In this document: in pieces, positions 59,660 to 64,000 of the stretch
Numbering within the stretch: the first letter of the stretch is position 1
How the letters are laid out: every line of letters begins with the position of its first letter
Assembly (NCBI GenBank): GCA_951406725.2
Contig: OX597829.1
Coordinates: forward strand, 6,944,001-7,008,000
DNA length: 64,000 bases
DNA from: Octopus vulgaris
Taxonomy: Eukaryota
Direction of reading: 5' to 3'
The notes under the pieces: generated by a model
What the model saw: only the letters and a program-made list of their open reading frames with translations
Told to the model about the DNA's origin: nothing
Databases searched by the model: none
Translations under genes and position numbers: made by a program

Positions 59660-59728
59660 TTCGTTGCGTCTTGCAACTTTTTCAATAGTTTTGAAAACTA
59701 TTCAAAAGGTTGCAAGGCGCAACGAAAA
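59660..59728. repeat. Palindrome belonging to a repeat also present at ~24680-24855
   Basis: tttcgttgcgtcttgcaac...gttgcaaggcgcaacgaaa; cgttgcgtcttgcaac also at ~24826. Confidence 0.7.
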
Positions 59729-59963
59729 CTTTTAGGAAAATAAAAATAAGAAATAAGTGGAAATTTTACCGGTGAACTCATATAAAGAAATTTTACACAC
59801 GAACTCATATAAAGAATCTTGCAAACCAAATCCAAAAACGAAGTATATATATATATATAGATATATATATATATGCATATATATATATATCAATATATAT
59901 ATACATAAACATATATGTGTATATATATATTTATATATATATATATAAATGTATATATATATA

Positions 59964-60030
<67 letters not shown>

Positions 60031-60199
60031 TTAAATCTCTCAAAGTGAGACGAGACATTCAGTGACAGTTCTTTGAAGTAAAGTCTATTTGGCAACATAA
60101 TGTGCCTGTCTTGTAAGGGACGATGTTACTGTTGTGTAGTATAGCCAACTAGAAGCAATATATAATGAGAACCAAAGGTTGGGTTCAAAGTTCCACAAG

Positions 60200-60245
60200 A
60201 ACACCTGATGAAGGCTGGAGTGTAAATTACCCGAAACGTTGTGGT
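60200..60245 (+). ncRNA. Degenerate minimal hammerhead-like motif near a Penelope-like 3' end
   Basis: aacac-CTGATGA-A-GG...CC-GAAA-cg-TT-gtggt, followed by (tgtaaataa)2. Confidence 0.55.
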
Positions 60246-60398
60246 AACAACAAACAAGATGAGGACACATATCCGTCCAATGTAAATAATGTAAATAATG
60301 TAGAAATTAATATTATTAGATGATATTAATTTAAACCATTGGCTAGCGTACTTAAAAAATGTCCTCGGACTATGAAATATATTACATATACAAATAAT

Positions 60399-60724
60399 AG
60401 GGATAGCCACCAAGGTGGATTCCTAGTACGCCAGAAGAAGACGCCAAAACGCCTTACGAAGAATATGTTCTCAATTTTAGCAAACGCCTGAATGTATGCG
60501 AGCGAGACAGGTGAATGGAGACGAAATAAAGCAATTAACTTCATACGACTTCAAGGGCGAGCTACAGATGTTTACGTTAATAATAAATAATAGCGAAATC
60601 TTAACGTATTAAGTTAATTGTTTTTATTTTGTCTCCTCTCATTTGTTTTGCTCGAATGCATTCTGGAGAACATATAAGGCGTCTTTTTCTAGCGTACTAA
60701 GAATTCACCTCGGTGACTATTCCT
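60399..60724. repeat. Diverged ~150-bp-arm foldback
   Basis: agggatagccaccaaggtggattcctagtacgccagaagaagacgcc...ttcatacg mirrored by cgtattaag...ggcgtctttttctagcgtactaagaattcacctcggtgactattcct. Confidence 0.75.
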
Positions 60725-60725
60725 C

Positions 60726-60759
<34 letters not shown>

Positions 60760-62386
60760 TGTGTATGTCTGCATAGAGATGCATCAAGAAGATAATATAA
60801 CTTTTCTTATTTGTCTGACCAGCAAGAAAAAGTATTGTTTATCCGATTCTCCTAGAGTAACTGAATGACCTTAATAATATTAGTATTCTACTGGCTTTAT
60901 GTATATATGTACGTACATACACACATACATAAATATATGCATGCATACCTAATACATACATACATGCATGCATACATACATACATACATACATACATACA
61001 TACATACATACATACATACATACATACATACATACATACATACATACATACATACATACATACATACGTACGTACATACATAAATACACCGTCATTTTGA
61101 AAGATATACTCCCAAAAGTAGCCATGGAATATTTAGAGTAATTGTTACTTCTAATACCTCTAAACGTTCACAGTAAAGATGAGTAGGAAAGCAAAGAAGT
61201 GGAACCATTTTAGCGTTTACAATGCAATAGGACTGGTTTTCTTGAATTGAGTATATTACTCTATATGCTTGTAGGCGATAGGTATGATGGGTATACTTGT
61301 ATGGTGTTTGAAACGTTAGAGCCTCTTGAAAATTTGAATTAGAGGCATGAAAGTGCCATAATACCTTCTGCAGTGATGTTCTTGTGTCAGAGGAAAACTG
61401 TGTGCAAGAGAAATGAATTAGAAAGCAAACTTTTACATGGTTTAAAACTCCATAAAACTGGATATAATTTAATATGGATACCAGAGAGAACACACAGTTC
61501 TAAGGGTCGCCAAATACGAAAGATAATCTGTTAAAAATCATTTTAATAATATATTGGAAGGCTTCATTTTAAACACACTTGAATATACTCCAGGTCAAGT
61601 GATCAAAGGATGTACAGTATCCTATTTATGATAGATGTTTGCTTCATATCATAATATACTATACTAGGACGAAAAGTGAATGTCAATTCTGGAGGATGTG
61701 AATATAGCATATTTGTAAATATGAAATATCAAGGAGAGATATAACGGGATTGTTATTGATGCACGCAAAGGCAAGTCAATGGTTTAGATACAAATGCATA
61801 AATGTTATTGAGCTGTATAAGACTAATCTGTCTGCGTCAAAATGTTAAGTAAATGTATGAATTTTAATGTCATATCTAGACAATGAACTATAAACAGATC
61901 CATATGTACACAACAATGAGGTAGAAACAAGTACAGTAATAACTGAATCATATGATACAGCAATTGTAAACTTTATGTATGCGCAATTATAGAAATTTTC
62001 TTAATGTAATTTCCTTACAGAGATCCTTCACTTCAAACCCTGGCTGATATCAACAAAAAAACAATTACTCTCATATCATTCAATACCACCTTTTCTTAAA
62101 GAGAAAACAAATAACACATTGAATGTTGCAGTTCAAGATACACGAAGTGTGAAAATAATTCTAGATAGTGAAGATTGGAACTGAATGGACTGTGTTTCTG
62201 CTCGACTTATGGTAATCTGAAGTTAAATAACAACAACAACAACAACAACAACAACCACGACGATGACGACGTCAGCAACCACAAGACTACCGCATCAACA
62301 GGAACAATAATAAGTGCTTTTATCTAATGGAATAGACAACAAACTTCTACAACAGTCGGTTATATTCTTAAGTCCAATATATATAT

Positions 62387-62455
<69 letters not shown>

Positions 62456-62606
62456 ATTTATATATACAACGCATATACTCATATACATATATACTCACAC
62501 ATATATACGCATAAACTGAAACGCACACGCTCATATATACATATATACATACTCACAAACAACACACATATACAACTAATATAAATATAGGTTATGTATA
62601 CTTATG

Positions 62607-62667
<61 letters not shown>

Positions 62668-64000
62668 GTATATATTAGTTATTGTTCACACGCTTTATTA
62701 AATTCCATGATTTGTCGATTCTATGTACTGTGTAAGCTTAATTCTAATTTACGTTTTAAAGCCTGGGTTTTGTCTTCAAATTCTAATAATGATTTCTTGA
62801 ACGGTATTGATAATTTTCTTTGTTTTCTTAAATTTATGTAACAACTTAAAAAAGACATTTAAGAGTAACGCGTTCATCTTCGCTTTATTGTGTGAGGCTT
62901 TTATTAAGAAAAAGAAATTCTTCGATAAAATACACATGTTAAGCAGGCAATGTAGGGTTAGGTGCGAAAACCGAAAAAGTTTAACATTCGGAAATACAAA
63001 CACTCATCTAAATATATGTATTGCTTGAGTTGTACGTTATTAGTCCTTTGTTTATTATCGTTCCAAGAGATTGTCAGATTTTAATGTTTTTCCTAGTGAA
63101 GCTTTTAGTCTATAAAAGTTGTTTTTATTTTTTTGTTTTCGGTGGGAGCAGGGATGTGATCCCTTACTTTTGTGTAACAAGCGTTGTCTCGTGGATTCAT
63201 GAATTAAGTTCTATGTTTAATTAATAATACTTGTAGAACAAGTTCAACAAATTTGGAACTTCTACCTATTTAGTTATTTTATTGTAGTTGTAGTCTGTAA
63301 AGATTTTTGCTTTTATTTATTTATTTATTTTTTTTTGTAGGCTTGTATGTCTATTCTATGAGTATGTGTGTATGTGCGTGTGAGTGCGTTTGTTTGTGAA
63401 TGCATTTGTACCAGAATTATTTGTTTATAGTATCTCTAATTCTTCTATGTAAATTTCGATATTTTTATCAATTAGTCTGTTGAAGTAGCTGATGCTTATT
63501 ATGGTTTAATTCTATCCAATTAATAGCTAAATAGCTAAAGGCTTCTTTTTGTTTGCAATAAATTTAAAGGCTCATCGTCGTAAGTTGTAATAATAGAGAT
63601 TTTATAGAGTCTTCTAGGATTTCTAATTCTCAAGTATGTGTTAACAAATATATCACGAACTCTTTACACAGGAAAAAAAAAGTATATAATCATTTGCTAA
63701 AACTCTCGGATAGAGAATATTTATTTTGTATGAGTTTGTGTTGCATTTCTTTTTCAATGTTTATTCGCAGGTTAAACTTTAATAAAGGAGAGAAAAAAAA
63801 AGTTATTCGAGTATTTGAAATCACGGTCGCGTTCTCTTGATCTGTCTTTTATTATATTTTTCACCATTGGAATGTTATTCACTTATTGACAATGCATGAT
63901 TAATATATACTGTGTTACAAAGAAAATTTTATTGTCACAATTATGTATACACAATGTGACCAAACAAATCATGTGGTGGGAACCACATTGCAATGACACC

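Overview
AT-rich eukaryotic (animal) DNA with dense (TA)n, (CA)n, (TACA)n, (GATA)n and (TAA)n microsatellites. The SINE families and repeat style suggest a coleoid cephalopod such as Octopus (inference, no database search). No host protein-coding exon can be supported, and nearly all listed ORFs are microsatellite read-throughs. Recognisable content: three tRNA-derived SINE families; a 5'-truncated RTE LINE plus a rearranged local duplicate; an R4/Dong-like REL-endonuclease LINE inside (TAA)n; a full-length decayed Tc1-like transposon with DD36E spacing; a Tigger/pogo remnant; a hAT MITE; Helitron-like elements; and a long-TIR foldback element. The main unannotated signal is about 14 type-I hammerhead ribozyme (HHR)-like motifs on both strands. 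They lie in several unrelated, non-coding 330-580 bp units showing partial-tandem and inverted-terminal architecture typical of Penelope-like element pseudo-LTRs or retrozymes. Several carry recurrent non-canonical core variants: an A.A or A.G apposition at the base of stem II, an extra A after A9, and A6U. All structures were folded by eye and none was tested.
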